Source of the DNA: an uncultured Candidatus Saccharibacteria bacterium | GTDB lineage: Bacteria; Patescibacteriota; Minisyncoccia; Phycocordibacterales; DATDWN01 | DNA length: 64,000 bases | Assembly: GCA_964616425.1 (NCBI GenBank) | Contig: CAZTQY010000002.1 | Location: forward strand, 2,910-66,909 | Reading direction: 5' to 3' | Shown here: piece by piece, positions 27,525 to 37,293 of the stretch | Layout of the letters: each line of letters begins with the position of its first letter | How positions within the stretch are numbered: the stretch's first letter is position 1 | Translations under genes and position numbers: made by a program | Notes under the pieces: generated by a model | What the model was told of the DNA's origin: nothing | Seen by the model: only the letters and a program-made list of their open reading frames with translations | The model's database searches: none

Positions 27525-28289
27525 ATGTATAAATCATTTACAGCAAAAGAATATAAACAACATTTCGGTTTCCCTGAAGATTATGAGATTAAATCATTCA
27601 TATCATATGGAACTTGGAATGACGAAAAGTTTATTGAAAAATTCAATGTGATATTAGGTGAGTTGGGTATACAATACTCAGGCAAGAAGCTTCAGGGTTT
27701 TCTCAGTCATATATATGAATTTACAATAGATGGTAAAACCCACTGGTTTGCTTTGCAATATGGTGGCGCGATGCTTTCCGAGTATGTTCATTTGGCATGT
27801 TTGTTTGGCTCTCAAAAAAATATTCATATTGGAAGTTGTGGTGGATTATATAGTGAATTAAATTCTCTCGATTTAATAGTACCTGAATGGAGTTATGGTA
27901 ACGACAGTGTTACTAGGATGTATGCTCGAGATGTAAATGATCATAAACATTATTCGAATCAGAAGCTTTCTGAGGAGCTTATAAGTTTATTGACCATTCA
28001 AAATAAAGTTTGGAAAGGCCCAATATTTACATGTCAGGCTATGCTGGGAGAAACCTGGGAAGATGTTCAAGAGTGGTCAAATAATGGTTATTACGGGGTA
28101 GAAATGGAAACATCTACAGTTTTTGCCGTATCAAACCACTACAGTGTTCCTTGCGCAAGTATGGTTTATGTATCTGATAATCTTATCAAAGGGCAAACAG
28201 TTCACGATGAGAGTCATAACTCAGAAAAGGAGACTAGAGATAAAGTAAAGGACGAAGTATTTAGGGTTGCAATAAAGGCCGTAATGTAG
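27525..28289 (+). CDS. Nucleoside phosphorylase family (PNP/UDP-1)
   Basis: IGSCGGL, GVEMETS, VSD. Confidence 0.75.
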   Translation: MYKSFTAKEYKQHFGFPEDYEIKSFISYGTWNDEKFIEKFNVILGELGIQYSGKKLQGFLSHIYEFTIDGKTHWFALQYGGAMLSEYVHLACLFGSQKNIHIGSCGGLYSELNSLDLIVPEWSYGNDSVTRMYARDVNDHKHYSNQKLSEELISLLTIQNKVWKGPIFTCQAMLGETWEDVQEWSNNGYYGVEMETSTVFAVSNHYSVPCASMVYVSDNLIKGQTVHDESHNSEKETRDKVKDEVFRVAIKAVM

Positions 28290-28329
28290 GCTTGCCAAGA
28301 CCGGTCATTTTTGCTATATTCTTAGCACT

Positions 28330-28647
28330 ATGGAATTTGCAGTAATACACACAGGAGGAAAGCAATACAAGGTCTCAAAGGGGGACACCGTAAAGATTGA
28401 GAAAATCAAGGGTGATTTCAAGGTAGGAGACAAGATTGTTTTCGACAAAGTGCTACTAGTTGAGGATGGAAAAGATACTAAAATCGGTACTCCATACATT
28501 GCTACTGGCAAGGTAGAGGCTACTCTAGAAGCTGTTGGAAGAAACAAGACAGTTGAGGTTATAAAATACAAACAAAAGTCTCGATATTTCAAGAAGAATG
28601 GTCATAGACAGCCTTGGTTCAAAGTGAAGATAGCAGAGATAAAATAA
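28330..28647 (+). CDS. rplU: 50S ribosomal protein L21
   Basis: TGGKQYKV, GHRQ. Confidence 0.97.
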   Translation: MEFAVIHTGGKQYKVSKGDTVKIEKIKGDFKVGDKIVFDKVLLVEDGKDTKIGTPYIATGKVEATLEAVGRNKTVEVIKYKQKSRYFKKNGHRQPWFKVKIAEIK

Positions 28648-28657
28648 TAAAAGAATT

Positions 28658-28679
28658 GGCGCCCCGTGGGGCGCCTTTT
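28658..28679 (+). terminator. Intrinsic terminator after rplU
   Basis: GC-rich ggcgccc/gggcgcc stem plus tttt. Confidence 0.7.
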
Positions 28680-28708
28680 CGTTGGACTTAGAACACGATG
28701 TGAAGACG

Positions 28709-28891
28709 TCAGTTATCGAGTAACGCCTTCATCGTACTTATGTCGAGAACATCTGCAACGAGCTTTGCTACTTCCTCTGACACTCCAGCTTGAATTGTGT
28801 CGCGAATGAAGCATCGCTCGACATCCGCGTCGGCCAATGCGGCCTTGTTCCACTCGTTGTTACGAGCGGAAATTTCGGGTTCGAATTCCAT
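28709..28891 (-). CDS. Small hypothetical protein
   Basis: 60 aa, 15 nt downstream of the preceding ORF. Confidence 0.5.
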   Translation of the reverse strand: MEFEPEISARNNEWNKAALADADVERCFIRDTIQAGVSEEVAKLVADVLDISTMKALLDN

Positions 28892-28906
28892 AACGGAGCC
28901 TTTCTG

Positions 28907-29089
28907 TCAGCCGGGTTGTTCCAGCAGTTCAGTTCGAATCTCGAGGAGCGCCTGAATAATCGCTTCCTCGGGATCGGATAGACCTTTCTTGAGACTATCT
29001 AGGTAGTCTGCTGCACGTTTTTCGGTCCAGCCGTGCTTGTTGGCAATTTCTCGGATTTTTCGCTTGCGAATTTCTGGGCTCAGTGCCAT
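28907..29089 (-). CDS. Small hypothetical protein (MALSPEIRK...)
   Basis: SD GGAGG 29096-29100; TTGTAA-16-TACACT promoter. Confidence 0.6.
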   Translation of the reverse strand: MALSPEIRKRKIREIANKHGWTEKRAADYLDSLKKGLSDPEEAIIQALLEIRTELLEQPG

Positions 29090-29189
29090 TCCGGGCCTCC
29101 GGATATAAGTGTATATAAATAATATTCTTTTACAATACGATGAAAGACCCGGGTACATGGAGTTAGGGTCTCCATCTCGCGGGTCTTGA

Positions 29190-29375
29190 TTAGTCGACAG
29201 AAACAGCGGCCTCCATCTCTTTGTACATGCGCACCCATGCGAGGATCTCTCGCACAGCTGCACGAGTCGAAAGGCGCGCTCTTTCTTTGTGGTCGAGGAC
29301 GATATCGCAGACCTCTTCCCAAGAGCAGTTGAGCTCGTTGGCGATAAGCGCCACCAAACGTGACGGTCTTTTCAT
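29190..29375 (-). CDS. Small hypothetical protein
   Basis: SD AAGGAG; hairpin agaccc/gggtct downstream. Confidence 0.55.
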   Translation of the reverse strand: MKRPSRLVALIANELNCSWEEVCDIVLDHKERARLSTRAAVREILAWVRMYKEMEAAVSVD

Positions 29376-29427
29376 TGTTTACACTCCCTTTACAACATTA
29401 ATAAAAAAATTTCATTACTGCAAATTT

Positions 29428-29551
29428 TAGAACTTTCAGATTTGGATGAAATTCGAGGCAACCAAGAAAAATAAGAGGAGTCTTATCTAGTATAAGGTGA
29501 CGAGAATTTTTTGATGGTTAACGAAGAAGTTCGCCAAATATGAAAGCTCTA
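29428..29551 (-). repeat. Long intergenic hairpin element, family A, at recR stop
   Basis: TA-bounded imperfect IR; same loop motifs as 11536-11654 with different stems. Confidence 0.8.
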
Positions 29552-30160
29552 CTGTCGGTTCTTCAAAGCGTTTTTAATTGTGTCGCTATCAGAGTATTCC
29601 AGTTCTGTTCCTGTTGATAATCCACGACCGAGGGTTGATATTTTGATACTATTTTTATCAGCAAGTGGTTTTAAAATTTGTTCGAGATAGGTTAGAGTGT
29701 TTTCTCCCTCTGGGTTGTAACTTAATGCGAGGATAATTTCTGAAAGCCCGTTCGAAACTTTCTTTTCAATATTTTCTATAAGTTCCTTTTGCCGTACTCG
29801 TTTTTCCGGATTTTTTTCAAGTATTGGAACTGTGCCTCCGAGTACAAAATAGTAACCGTTGTAGAAATGTGTTTTTTCTATATTTTCAAAATCAACATCA
29901 TGAGAAACTATCATTAGTGACTTTTTGTCTCGACTGCTATCTCGACAGATAGGACATGTATTCGAGTTGTCATTTAAAAAGAATCTAAAACATGTATCAC
30001 ATGAGTGAACGGTTGCTCGTACGTCGTTAATGAGTCTAGCTAGGTCGTTTGCGTATGCGGGGTTTCTGTTAAGTAAAAAATACACAAACCTTTTGGCCTG
30101 TCTCGGTCCTATTCCAGGAAACTCTTTGAAGAGTTCTATGAGTCTCTGAGTATTATCCAT
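29549..30160 (-). CDS. recR: Recombination mediator RecR
   Basis: PGIGPRQAKR, C4 zinc finger, EGENT, ELEYSD. Confidence 0.95.
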   Translation of the reverse strand: MDNTQRLIELFKEFPGIGPRQAKRFVYFLLNRNPAYANDLARLINDVRATVHSCDTCFRFFLNDNSNTCPICRDSSRDKKSLMIVSHDVDFENIEKTHFYNGYYFVLGGTVPILEKNPEKRVRQKELIENIEKKVSNGLSEIILALSYNPEGENTLTYLEQILKPLADKNSIKISTLGRGLSTGTELEYSDSDTIKNALKNRQ

Positions 30161-30162
30161 AA

Positions 30163-31563
30163 TTAGAAATCACTAAACTCTTTGTCCGCTCCGCCATACT
30201 GAGACTTATCCATACTCTGGAATGTAGCTTTTTTATCATTGAAGAATAGTTCGACTTTTCCAGTCTCTCCATTTCTATGTTTTTCAATAAGGATTTCTGC
30301 TATGTTTGTTCTTTCTGACTCATCCTTGTACTTGTCTTCTCTGTGAATGAACATAACCACATCGGCATCCTGCTCGATGGAACCTGAGTCTCGTAGGTCA
30401 GATAGTCTTGGCCGTCCGCCACGTTGCTCCACGGCTCTGGATAGCTGTGACAGTGCCAAAACTGGACAGTCTAGTTCGCGAGCCAAGTTTTTGAGTGAGC
30501 GAGATATTTCTGTCACTTGTTGAACTACGTTGTCGTTTTTTGTTGAAGTTGGGACCATGAGTTGTAGGTAGTCCACAACAATAAGTCCAAGACCATGTTC
30601 ACTCTTTAACCTTCGTGCGATAGAGCGCATTTTTAGGATATTGTTTCCTGGTTGATCATCTATGAAAATAGGAGCCTTGTTTAGCTTGTCGAGAGACTCA
30701 CGGATAGCTTCAAAGTCATCTTGGCGAGAAAGTTTTCCTGTTCTGAGTTTCCAAGCATCAACATTTGCTTGTGCTGCAAGCATTCTATCTACCAACTGCT
30801 GACTACTCATTTCGAGAGAGAAAATGCCAACAGGGATGTTGTGGTTTACTGCTGCTTGCCGTGCTATATCGAGAGCAAATGAAGTCTTTCCTACAGATGG
30901 TCTAGCCGCAAGAATAATGAGGTCAGATTTTTGTAGTCCTGAAAGTTTGTTATCTATCGCTTCAAATCCAGTTGGGATTCCTCGTAAACCTTTGTCGTCG
31001 CTGTGTAGTCGGTCTAGTCTTTCCCAAGCTTCTGTCAGCTCATCTTTGATAGGAACAAATTTGTGTGCAGTGTTAAAGTTTGTGACATCAAAAAGTTTTT
31101 TCTCTGCATTGTCTAGCATTTCCTCCAACTCTTTGTTTTCGTCGTAACCGATTTGTGATATGTGATCAGATGCTTCGATGAGTCGTCTCATCATGTATTT
31201 CTTTTGAACTATTTCGGCATAGTAGCCGATGTTACTAGAAGATGGCACAGAGTTAACAACTTCTGTGAGATATGTGTTTCCACCGATTTGGTCCAGCCAA
31301 CCTTTTTCTTTAAGCTTTGCTGAAACAGAAAGTAAATCAATAGGGGAACGCTTTGTAAAAAGTTCCATCATTGTTTCGAAAATCACTCGATGCTTTTCAG
31401 AATAAAAAGAATCTTGGTTAACAATATCTGTAACATCGAAAAGAGATTCTGGTCTCAACATAACAGAACCAAGGAACGCCATCTCAGCCTCCAAGTTTTG
31501 TGGAGGTATTCGCATTCTGTTTGGAAATGTTTGTGGAATTACATTCTGAATCTTTTGGACCAT
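30163..31563 (-). CDS. dnaB: Replicative DNA helicase
   Basis: AARPSVGKT, FSLEMS, VDYLQL, LRDSGSIEQDAD. Confidence 0.98.
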   Translation of the reverse strand: MVQKIQNVIPQTFPNRMRIPPQNLEAEMAFLGSVMLRPESLFDVTDIVNQDSFYSEKHRVIFETMMELFTKRSPIDLLSVSAKLKEKGWLDQIGGNTYLTEVVNSVPSSSNIGYYAEIVQKKYMMRRLIEASDHISQIGYDENKELEEMLDNAEKKLFDVTNFNTAHKFVPIKDELTEAWERLDRLHSDDKGLRGIPTGFEAIDNKLSGLQKSDLIILAARPSVGKTSFALDIARQAAVNHNIPVGIFSLEMSSQQLVDRMLAAQANVDAWKLRTGKLSRQDDFEAIRESLDKLNKAPIFIDDQPGNNILKMRSIARRLKSEHGLGLIVVDYLQLMVPTSTKNDNVVQQVTEISRSLKNLARELDCPVLALSQLSRAVEQRGGRPRLSDLRDSGSIEQDADVVMFIHREDKYKDESERTNIAEILIEKHRNGETGKVELFFNDKKATFQSMDKSQYGGADKEFSDF

Positions 31564-31638
31564 AATGAAATCATTTTAGCATGGCCTTGTTTTTATACGC
31601 CACTTGCGCAAAGGTACTAAACTGTGGGAAAGCTGTGT

Positions 31639-33024
31639 TTAACGAGGAGTAACCACTGTACCATCTGGTGTATCTTTGACTTCAAACCCAAATTCTTCGA
31701 TTTTGGCTCTTAATTCATCACTTTTTGTAAAATCTTTAGTATTTCTAGCTAAATCTCGTTCTTTTATAAGGTTTTGTACTTCTTCAGGTATTTTTATAGA
31801 TTCAGTAAGTTTATATCCAGCAAGTTCTAAACCTAAAACTCTATCAAAATCTAAAATAGTTGCTTTTTTATCTGCATCTGATATTTCTCTATCTTTTATT
31901 ATTTCCCACACCAATGCTAATGCCTTTGGTGTATCTAAATCATCATTAACTAGTTCATTGAATTTATTCACTATTATTTTTCCATTATCTGGGTATGAAT
32001 AAATTTTCAGTCTCAGAGTTTTAATTGAAGTATCTGCTCCCTCTAGTGCCTCCCAACTAAATTGTAGTGGTGATGAATATCTAGCTCCAAGAAAAACATA
32101 CCGGAGTGCTAGTGGATCAATTCCTTTGTCTTTCAAAGATTGCAATTTTATAAAATTGTCACCAGACTTTGCCATTTTTTCGCTACCATTTTCTGTCGCC
32201 ATATTTAGGTGTGCATTGTGTAACCAGTATTTTGCATATGGATTTCCAGCACAAACGGCCTGAGCTATTTCGTTACTGTGGTGAACAGGTATGTGATCGA
32301 TACCACCAGTGTGAATATCGAATTCTGGTCCTAGGTATTTTACTGACATTGCAGAACACTCGATATGCCATCCAGGAAAACCTTTTCCAAATTGAGAATC
32401 GTATCCAATTTTATTGTCGAATTTCCATAAAGCAAAATCCAAGTGGTTCTTCTTCTCCTTTACAGGTATCACTCTGGCAAATTCTTCAATAAGTTTTTTT
32501 CTATCTATTCCAAAAATATTATTATAATCTTTGTATTTTGAGGTTTCAAAATATACTCCGTCAGAAGTTGAATAAGTAAAACCTTTGTCAGTTAGTGTTT
32601 GAACTAGATTAATATCTTCCTGTATGTGGTCGCTAGCAAAAGGGAAATGTTCAGGTAGTTCAATATTCAGAGAAGCTAAATCTTTTTTAAATTCTTCAAA
32701 GTAAAAGTTTGCTACCTCTCGCATTGCTTCTAGTGTTAGAGGTTTACCTTCTCTTTTCAGAGCTTTTGTCATTTTATCCTCACCGTCATCGTTGTCTGAG
32801 GAAAGGTGACCAATATCAGTTATATTTATAACTTGGTTTACTTTATAGCCGTTGTATTCAAAAGTTCGTCTCAAGATGTCAGCAAAGACATAGCTTCGTA
32901 GGTTTCCAATATGAGCGTAGTTATATACAGTCGGTCCACAGTTATACATAGAAACCTCACCTTGTTTCAAGGGTTCAAATTTTCTCTTTTCTTTAGTTAG
33001 TGTGTCGTTTAGGTATATGTCCAT
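31639..33024 (-). CDS. cysS: Cysteine--tRNA ligase (start 33024 or 33036)
   Basis: CGPTVY, HIGN, PGWHIECS, KMAKS. Confidence 0.96.
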   Translation of the reverse strand: MDIYLNDTLTKEKRKFEPLKQGEVSMYNCGPTVYNYAHIGNLRSYVFADILRRTFEYNGYKVNQVINITDIGHLSSDNDDGEDKMTKALKREGKPLTLEAMREVANFYFEEFKKDLASLNIELPEHFPFASDHIQEDINLVQTLTDKGFTYSTSDGVYFETSKYKDYNNIFGIDRKKLIEEFARVIPVKEKKNHLDFALWKFDNKIGYDSQFGKGFPGWHIECSAMSVKYLGPEFDIHTGGIDHIPVHHSNEIAQAVCAGNPYAKYWLHNAHLNMATENGSEKMAKSGDNFIKLQSLKDKGIDPLALRYVFLGARYSSPLQFSWEALEGADTSIKTLRLKIYSYPDNGKIIVNKFNELVNDDLDTPKALALVWEIIKDREISDADKKATILDFDRVLGLELAGYKLTESIKIPEEVQNLIKERDLARNTKDFTKSDELRAKIEEFGFEVKDTPDGTVVTPR

Positions 33025-33026
33025 AT

Positions 33027-33953
33027 CTATATCCATTTTTTATGCTTTGCGTAGACAAAGGCTACTGATGCATAAGCTACCATAGATACAATAACTATCC
33101 AAAAGCCGTTTGAGTTGTTTTCAAGTGGGACACCTCCAACTCTCATAGCAAAAATCCAAGATATTAGGTTCATTGGGAGCAGTATTCCTCCTAGAACTGT
33201 TAGTTGTTTTACAGTTTCATTTTGTTTTGAGGTTAAAAGTGAGTTGTTTGTGTCCCGAAGTTCTCTTAACATTTCTAAGTTAGACTTTATAGTTGTGTTA
33301 ATTTTCAAGTAGTCAACCAAAATAGAGTCAATCTCATGTGCAAAATTTTCTCCAAATATTCTTCCTCCATGATCCCGAAGTGATTCTAGGATTTTGAAAT
33401 GCAAATCTGTTGTTCTTTTGAAATCTAACAGCGTTCTTGTGACTTCAGAGATTGAAATCACCATTTCCTTTTCCTTTCCTTTGAAAATATCGCTTGTTAT
33501 GTCGTCTGTTATATCATCTATGTATTCTAGTTCTTCAAAAAGTGAATTATATAGTTCTTTTAACATTCTCATTAACAAAATATGGTCATGAGCCTTTTTC
33601 TTGTCTCCACTTTTTTCAAGAATCTCGTGAACCTCTAAATCCTTTGAGAATTTATGTAGCGCATCGATCGTATCGTATCTTGCAGTTATTAGAGCGTCTT
33701 TTCCAATAATAAAATCGATTTCTTGGCTTCTACCTGTTGTGTGAGAATGTTTAAAAACAGGGAAGTGGAGTATGCAATACACATATGTATCATGGAATTC
33801 TATTCTGGGTTTTGGTGTAGCTGAAGTTAGTTCTTTTGCTACGAACGGGTGAATATTGTAAGTATTCATTAATTCATGAATTTCTTCTGGAGTCCCGTTA
33901 TCAACATCTATCCAAGTTTCTCCACTGTACTTGTGTTCAGTTATCATATGCAT
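33027..33953 (-). CDS. CorA-family divalent cation transporter
   Basis: CorA layout with two C-terminal TMs; signature reads FAMR rather than YGMN. Confidence 0.8.
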   Translation of the reverse strand: MHMITEHKYSGETWIDVDNGTPEEIHELMNTYNIHPFVAKELTSATPKPRIEFHDTYVYCILHFPVFKHSHTTGRSQEIDFIIGKDALITARYDTIDALHKFSKDLEVHEILEKSGDKKKAHDHILLMRMLKELYNSLFEELEYIDDITDDITSDIFKGKEKEMVISISEVTRTLLDFKRTTDLHFKILESLRDHGGRIFGENFAHEIDSILVDYLKINTTIKSNLEMLRELRDTNNSLLTSKQNETVKQLTVLGGILLPMNLISWIFAMRVGGVPLENNSNGFWIVIVSMVAYASVAFVYAKHKKWI

Positions 33954-34069
33954 TAATTATATCTGAATATACATTTCACTACAATATTTTTTTGAACCTA
34001 TCTAGAGTTTTTTATTAAACTATTTAAAAACAAATTTAAACTTGCAAAACTTTTCAGAGGTTGCGATAA

Positions 34070-35305
34070 TTGAATGCAATGAGAGACTTTTTTAAGTATA
34101 GAGCATATGTTCTAGTAGCCATCGCAGTTGTGGGTGGCATATTTTTTTCTGGGTACTATTTTGGTAGAAACAGTATGTCAGACGAAGAGAAAATTTTTTC
34201 TTTAATGAACAAAACTGATTCAGAAAATAAAATTGATTTTGCTCCATTTTGGAAAGCTTGGAATATAATCAATGAAAAATATGTTCCAACAAATAGCACA
34301 ACTACTGAAAAGGTAGACGACCAAGATAGAGTTTACGGTGCTATTGAGGGTATGGTTAAGTCACTAGGTGATCCGTACACGACTTTTTTCCCACCGGTTG
34401 AATCAAAACAGTTTAATGAGACTATTGCAGGACAAATCGAGGGTGTAGGTATGGAAGTTGGAATGAAAGATGATGTTCTTACTGTTATTGCTCCAGTAAA
34501 AGGTACACCAGCGTACAAAGCAGGAATAAAAGCGGGGGACAAAATACTAAAAATAGATGATTTAATTACTTCTGGACTAAGTGTTGAAGAAGCTGTCAAA
34601 AATATTCGTGGCAAGAAGGGAACTGCAGTTAAACTTACTCTTTTGAGAGATGGGGTAAAAGATCCATATGTGATTGATGTTGTTAGGGATGTAATAAATA
34701 TGCCTACGGTTGATACGGAGACAAATGGTGATGTATTTATTATTCGTCTATATTCATTCTCTGCTATTTCCCCAAACCTTTTCAGAGATGCGCTACGTGA
34801 CTTTGTGCAGTCTGGAAAATACAAATTGATTATTGATTTGCGCGGAAACCCTGGAGGATACCTAGAAGCTGCTCAAGACATGGCTTCATGGTTTCTACCA
34901 ACAGGAAAGGTTATCGTTAGTGAGGATTTTAGAGACGAGAAAGATAAACAAATTTTCCGATCTAGAGGATACAATATATTTAACGAAAATCTTAAACTAG
35001 TCATTTTGATTGATGGAGGTTCCGCTTCTGCTTCAGAGATTCTGGCTGGAGCACTTCACGACCATGGTATTGCAACACTTGTTGGTTCTCAGTCATTTGG
35101 AAAGGGTTCAGTTCAGGAACTCGTGGATATAACAGAAGATACAAGTCTTAAAGTTACTATTGCAAAATGGCTTACGCCAAATGGAATATCTATTTCACAC
35201 AACGGACTTACTCCAGATGTTGAAGTTAAACTAGATGAGAAGAAATATCTGGAAGATAAGACCGATACTCAACTAAACAAAGCATTAGAAATTCTTTCAA
35301 AATAA
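34070..35305 (+). CDS. S41 C-terminal processing peptidase
   Basis: PDZ, DLRGNPGG, SASASEI, FGKGSVQ; start may be 34079. Confidence 0.93.
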   Translation: MNAMRDFFKYRAYVLVAIAVVGGIFFSGYYFGRNSMSDEEKIFSLMNKTDSENKIDFAPFWKAWNIINEKYVPTNSTTTEKVDDQDRVYGAIEGMVKSLGDPYTTFFPPVESKQFNETIAGQIEGVGMEVGMKDDVLTVIAPVKGTPAYKAGIKAGDKILKIDDLITSGLSVEEAVKNIRGKKGTAVKLTLLRDGVKDPYVIDVVRDVINMPTVDTETNGDVFIIRLYSFSAISPNLFRDALRDFVQSGKYKLIIDLRGNPGGYLEAAQDMASWFLPTGKVIVSEDFRDEKDKQIFRSRGYNIFNENLKLVILIDGGSASASEILAGALHDHGIATLVGSQSFGKGSVQELVDITEDTSLKVTIAKWLTPNGISISHNGLTPDVEVKLDEKKYLEDKTDTQLNKALEILSK

Positions 35306-35424
35306 TTCCAAAAACACCCCATATACGTTGTTGCTGTTCAATTTTTCTCATTCACCGTACGTCAAAGTACGTATCACTCGCAAAATTTCCAGCGCCTAGT
35401 ATCTGAGGCATTTTTGAAATTATT
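35301..35424 (+). repeat. Long intergenic hairpin element, family A
   Basis: Core near-identical to 14044-14127; overlaps the S41 gene stop. Confidence 0.82.
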
Positions 35425-35447
35425 ACGTTTATGCTAATATGGGAAAT

Positions 35448-35891
35448 ATGAAAGTTATATTCCTAAAAGACGTCAAAAATGTCGGACGAAAATATGACAT
35501 AAAAGATGTGGCTGATGGCTACGCGATAAATATGCTTTTGCCAAAAAAGCTGGCTGAAATAGCAACTCCTCAAGCTATAAAGAAAGTTGAGGACATGAAG
35601 AATAATGATCTTACTCAGAAAAGGATTCAAGAAGAATTGCTACAGAAGAATCTAGAAGTTATAAACAGTATGAAGATTACTGTTAACGGAAAGGCAAATG
35701 AAAAGGGGCATCTCTTTGCTGGTATTACAAAAGAAATGCTAGTTTCTGAAATACAAAAATCATCTCGACTTAGTATTGATCCAAACCTCATTCAACTTTC
35801 AAAGCCAATCAAAGAAGTTGGGGAGCACAAAGTTACAATTCAAGCTGGTAATAAAAAAGCAGAGTTTACACTAATTATTACTGGAAACTAA
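35448..35891 (+). CDS. rplI: 50S ribosomal protein L9
   Basis: [25 protein letters not shown]. Confidence 0.93.
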   Translation: MKVIFLKDVKNVGRKYDIKDVADGYAINMLLPKKLAEIATPQAIKKVEDMKNNDLTQKRIQEELLQKNLEVINSMKITVNGKANEKGHLFAGITKEMLVSEIQKSSRLSIDPNLIQLSKPIKEVGEHKVTIQAGNKKAEFTLIITGN

Positions 35892-35955
35892 ATATAAGAA
35901 AACCGCCGGACTGACAGATATCGCCAGCTGGCGGTTTTCTGTAGTTCGGCGGTTG

Positions 35956-36306
35956 TTACTTGGTTTTGCGCCTCTTCCTGTCGGTGAAGTCCTGCTGGAG
36001 CCAAGCGTCCACGTCGACTCCCCGAGAATCAAGGATGGAGCACCAAACCATGATGGCTGTGTCTCCGATGCCTTCGTACTCCATCAACTGATGGAGGTCA
36101 ATCCTCCGGGCGAGCTCGTGCACTCCCTTGGGTTTGAACCTTTGCAAAACGAGATCGAGATTGGCGGCAGCGAAGAAGTTCGCAGTTTCCGCCTTCACAA
36201 CCATGTCACGTCGGGTGAACTGGTCTTTGCCGACCTGTACAATCGTCTCAGGGAGACGATCGACGTAGTTCTTACCGATGTGGTCTTTCCAGCGTTTGTG
36301 TGCCAT
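35956..36306 (-). CDS. Hypothetical protein (GC-rich cassette)
   Basis: SD AAGGAG before ATG 36306; TTGACA-16-TATAAT; terminator 35897-35940; EGIGD resembles a helix-hairpin-helix turn. Confidence 0.6.
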   Translation of the reverse strand: MAHKRWKDHIGKNYVDRLPETIVQVGKDQFTRRDMVVKAETANFFAAANLDLVLQRFKPKGVHELARRIDLHQLMEYEGIGDTAIMVWCSILDSRGVDVDAWLQQDFTDRKRRKTK

Positions 36307-36408
36307 GTACGCCACTCCTTTGAGGCGTTTCAATGATAATTATATCACTTTATATGTACATGTCAAGTACTTTTAAGTAAGAAAAAACGCCCAACTGGGC
36401 GCTAGTTC

Positions 36409-36681
36409 CTATATAACGTGGATGACTTTCTTTACGTGAGTCGTGTTGTCGAAATGCATCTTTCGCTTTGTTCCAAACTTAACTTTTCCGGATATAAGAG
36501 AAAAGATAGTGTGGTCCTTGCCCATAGATACTCCTTTTCCAGGAAGAACGTCAGTTCCTCTCTGTCGGATAAGTATTGAGCCGGCCTGTGCCAAATCTCC
36601 TTCGGTGATTTTAACACCCAAGTATTTTGGATTTGAATCTCGGCCGTTTTTGGTTGTTCCCGCGGACTTTTTATGTGCCAT
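36409..36681 (-). CDS. rpmA: 50S ribosomal protein L27
   Basis: [21 protein letters not shown]. Confidence 0.97.
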   Translation of the reverse strand: MAHKKSAGTTKNGRDSNPKYLGVKITEGDLAQAGSILIRQRGTDVLPGKGVSMGKDHTIFSLISGKVKFGTKRKMHFDNTTHVKKVIHVI

Positions 36682-36707
36682 GACTAATTAATATATGATA
36701 AAATGTT

Positions 36708-37112
36708 GTGGATATGAGTATAAATGATTTATATGAAAAAATCAAGCCTTTTTATACCATACTTCTAGTGTTGGTTATTTGTGGGATAATCGCCTCATTA
36801 GTTAAGCTATCTATGCTTGAAAATGGTAAAACTGGCATTAAAATCAGTTATCCAAATGCTGAAATGGCTAGTTTGGTCCTAGTTTCTACTCAGGATGAAG
36901 CCTCTAATGGTGTAGCCTCTAGTCTAACTCAAGATCCATCTTCTACTCAGTCAGGAGAGGTTATTGGTTCAAAGTCTGGAAAGAAATATTATTTTCCATG
37001 GTGCGGAACTGTAAAAAGAATTAAACCAGAGAATCAAGTTCATTTTGTTTCGATTGATGAGGCAAAAAAAGCGGGCTTTACACCGGGAGGAAATTGTAAA
37101 GGCCTAAAGTAG
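36708..37112 (+). CDS. Membrane-anchored protein with Ada-like metal-binding C-terminus
   Basis: GSKSGKKYYFPWC...EAKKAGF..C. Confidence 0.65.
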   Translation: MDMSINDLYEKIKPFYTILLVLVICGIIASLVKLSMLENGKTGIKISYPNAEMASLVLVSTQDEASNGVASSLTQDPSSTQSGEVIGSKSGKKYYFPWCGTVKRIKPENQVHFVSIDEAKKAGFTPGGNCKGLK

Positions 37113-37234
37113 TCCGGTCCTTTTTCCTAAATTTCTTTGTTGTTCGTTTGCGTTTGCTCCACGCGCAGTATACTTATACAGCTTGGTCGCAAGCCGCACT
37201 CACGCCTCGAACTTTAGAAAAAATTTACCGGACT
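37111..37234 (+). repeat. Long intergenic hairpin element, family A
   Basis: IR agtccggt/accggact from the stop codon; gttgtt..ccacgcg..ttggtc..cacgcctcgaa. Confidence 0.75.
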
Positions 37235-37293
37235 CAATTTAAATAATCCACTTGTTTATTTTAAGTTCATGAAAAATATGTTACAGTATTTTT

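Noticed and set aside
24894-29425. Integron cassette arrays
   Set aside because: The hairpins lack RYYYAAC/GTTRRRY attC ends, the genes have their own promoters, and no intI is present.
35953-36336. Plus-strand 127-aa ORF and other short antisense ORFs in the track
   Set aside because: They are shadows of better-supported opposite-strand genes that have SD, promoter or family motifs.
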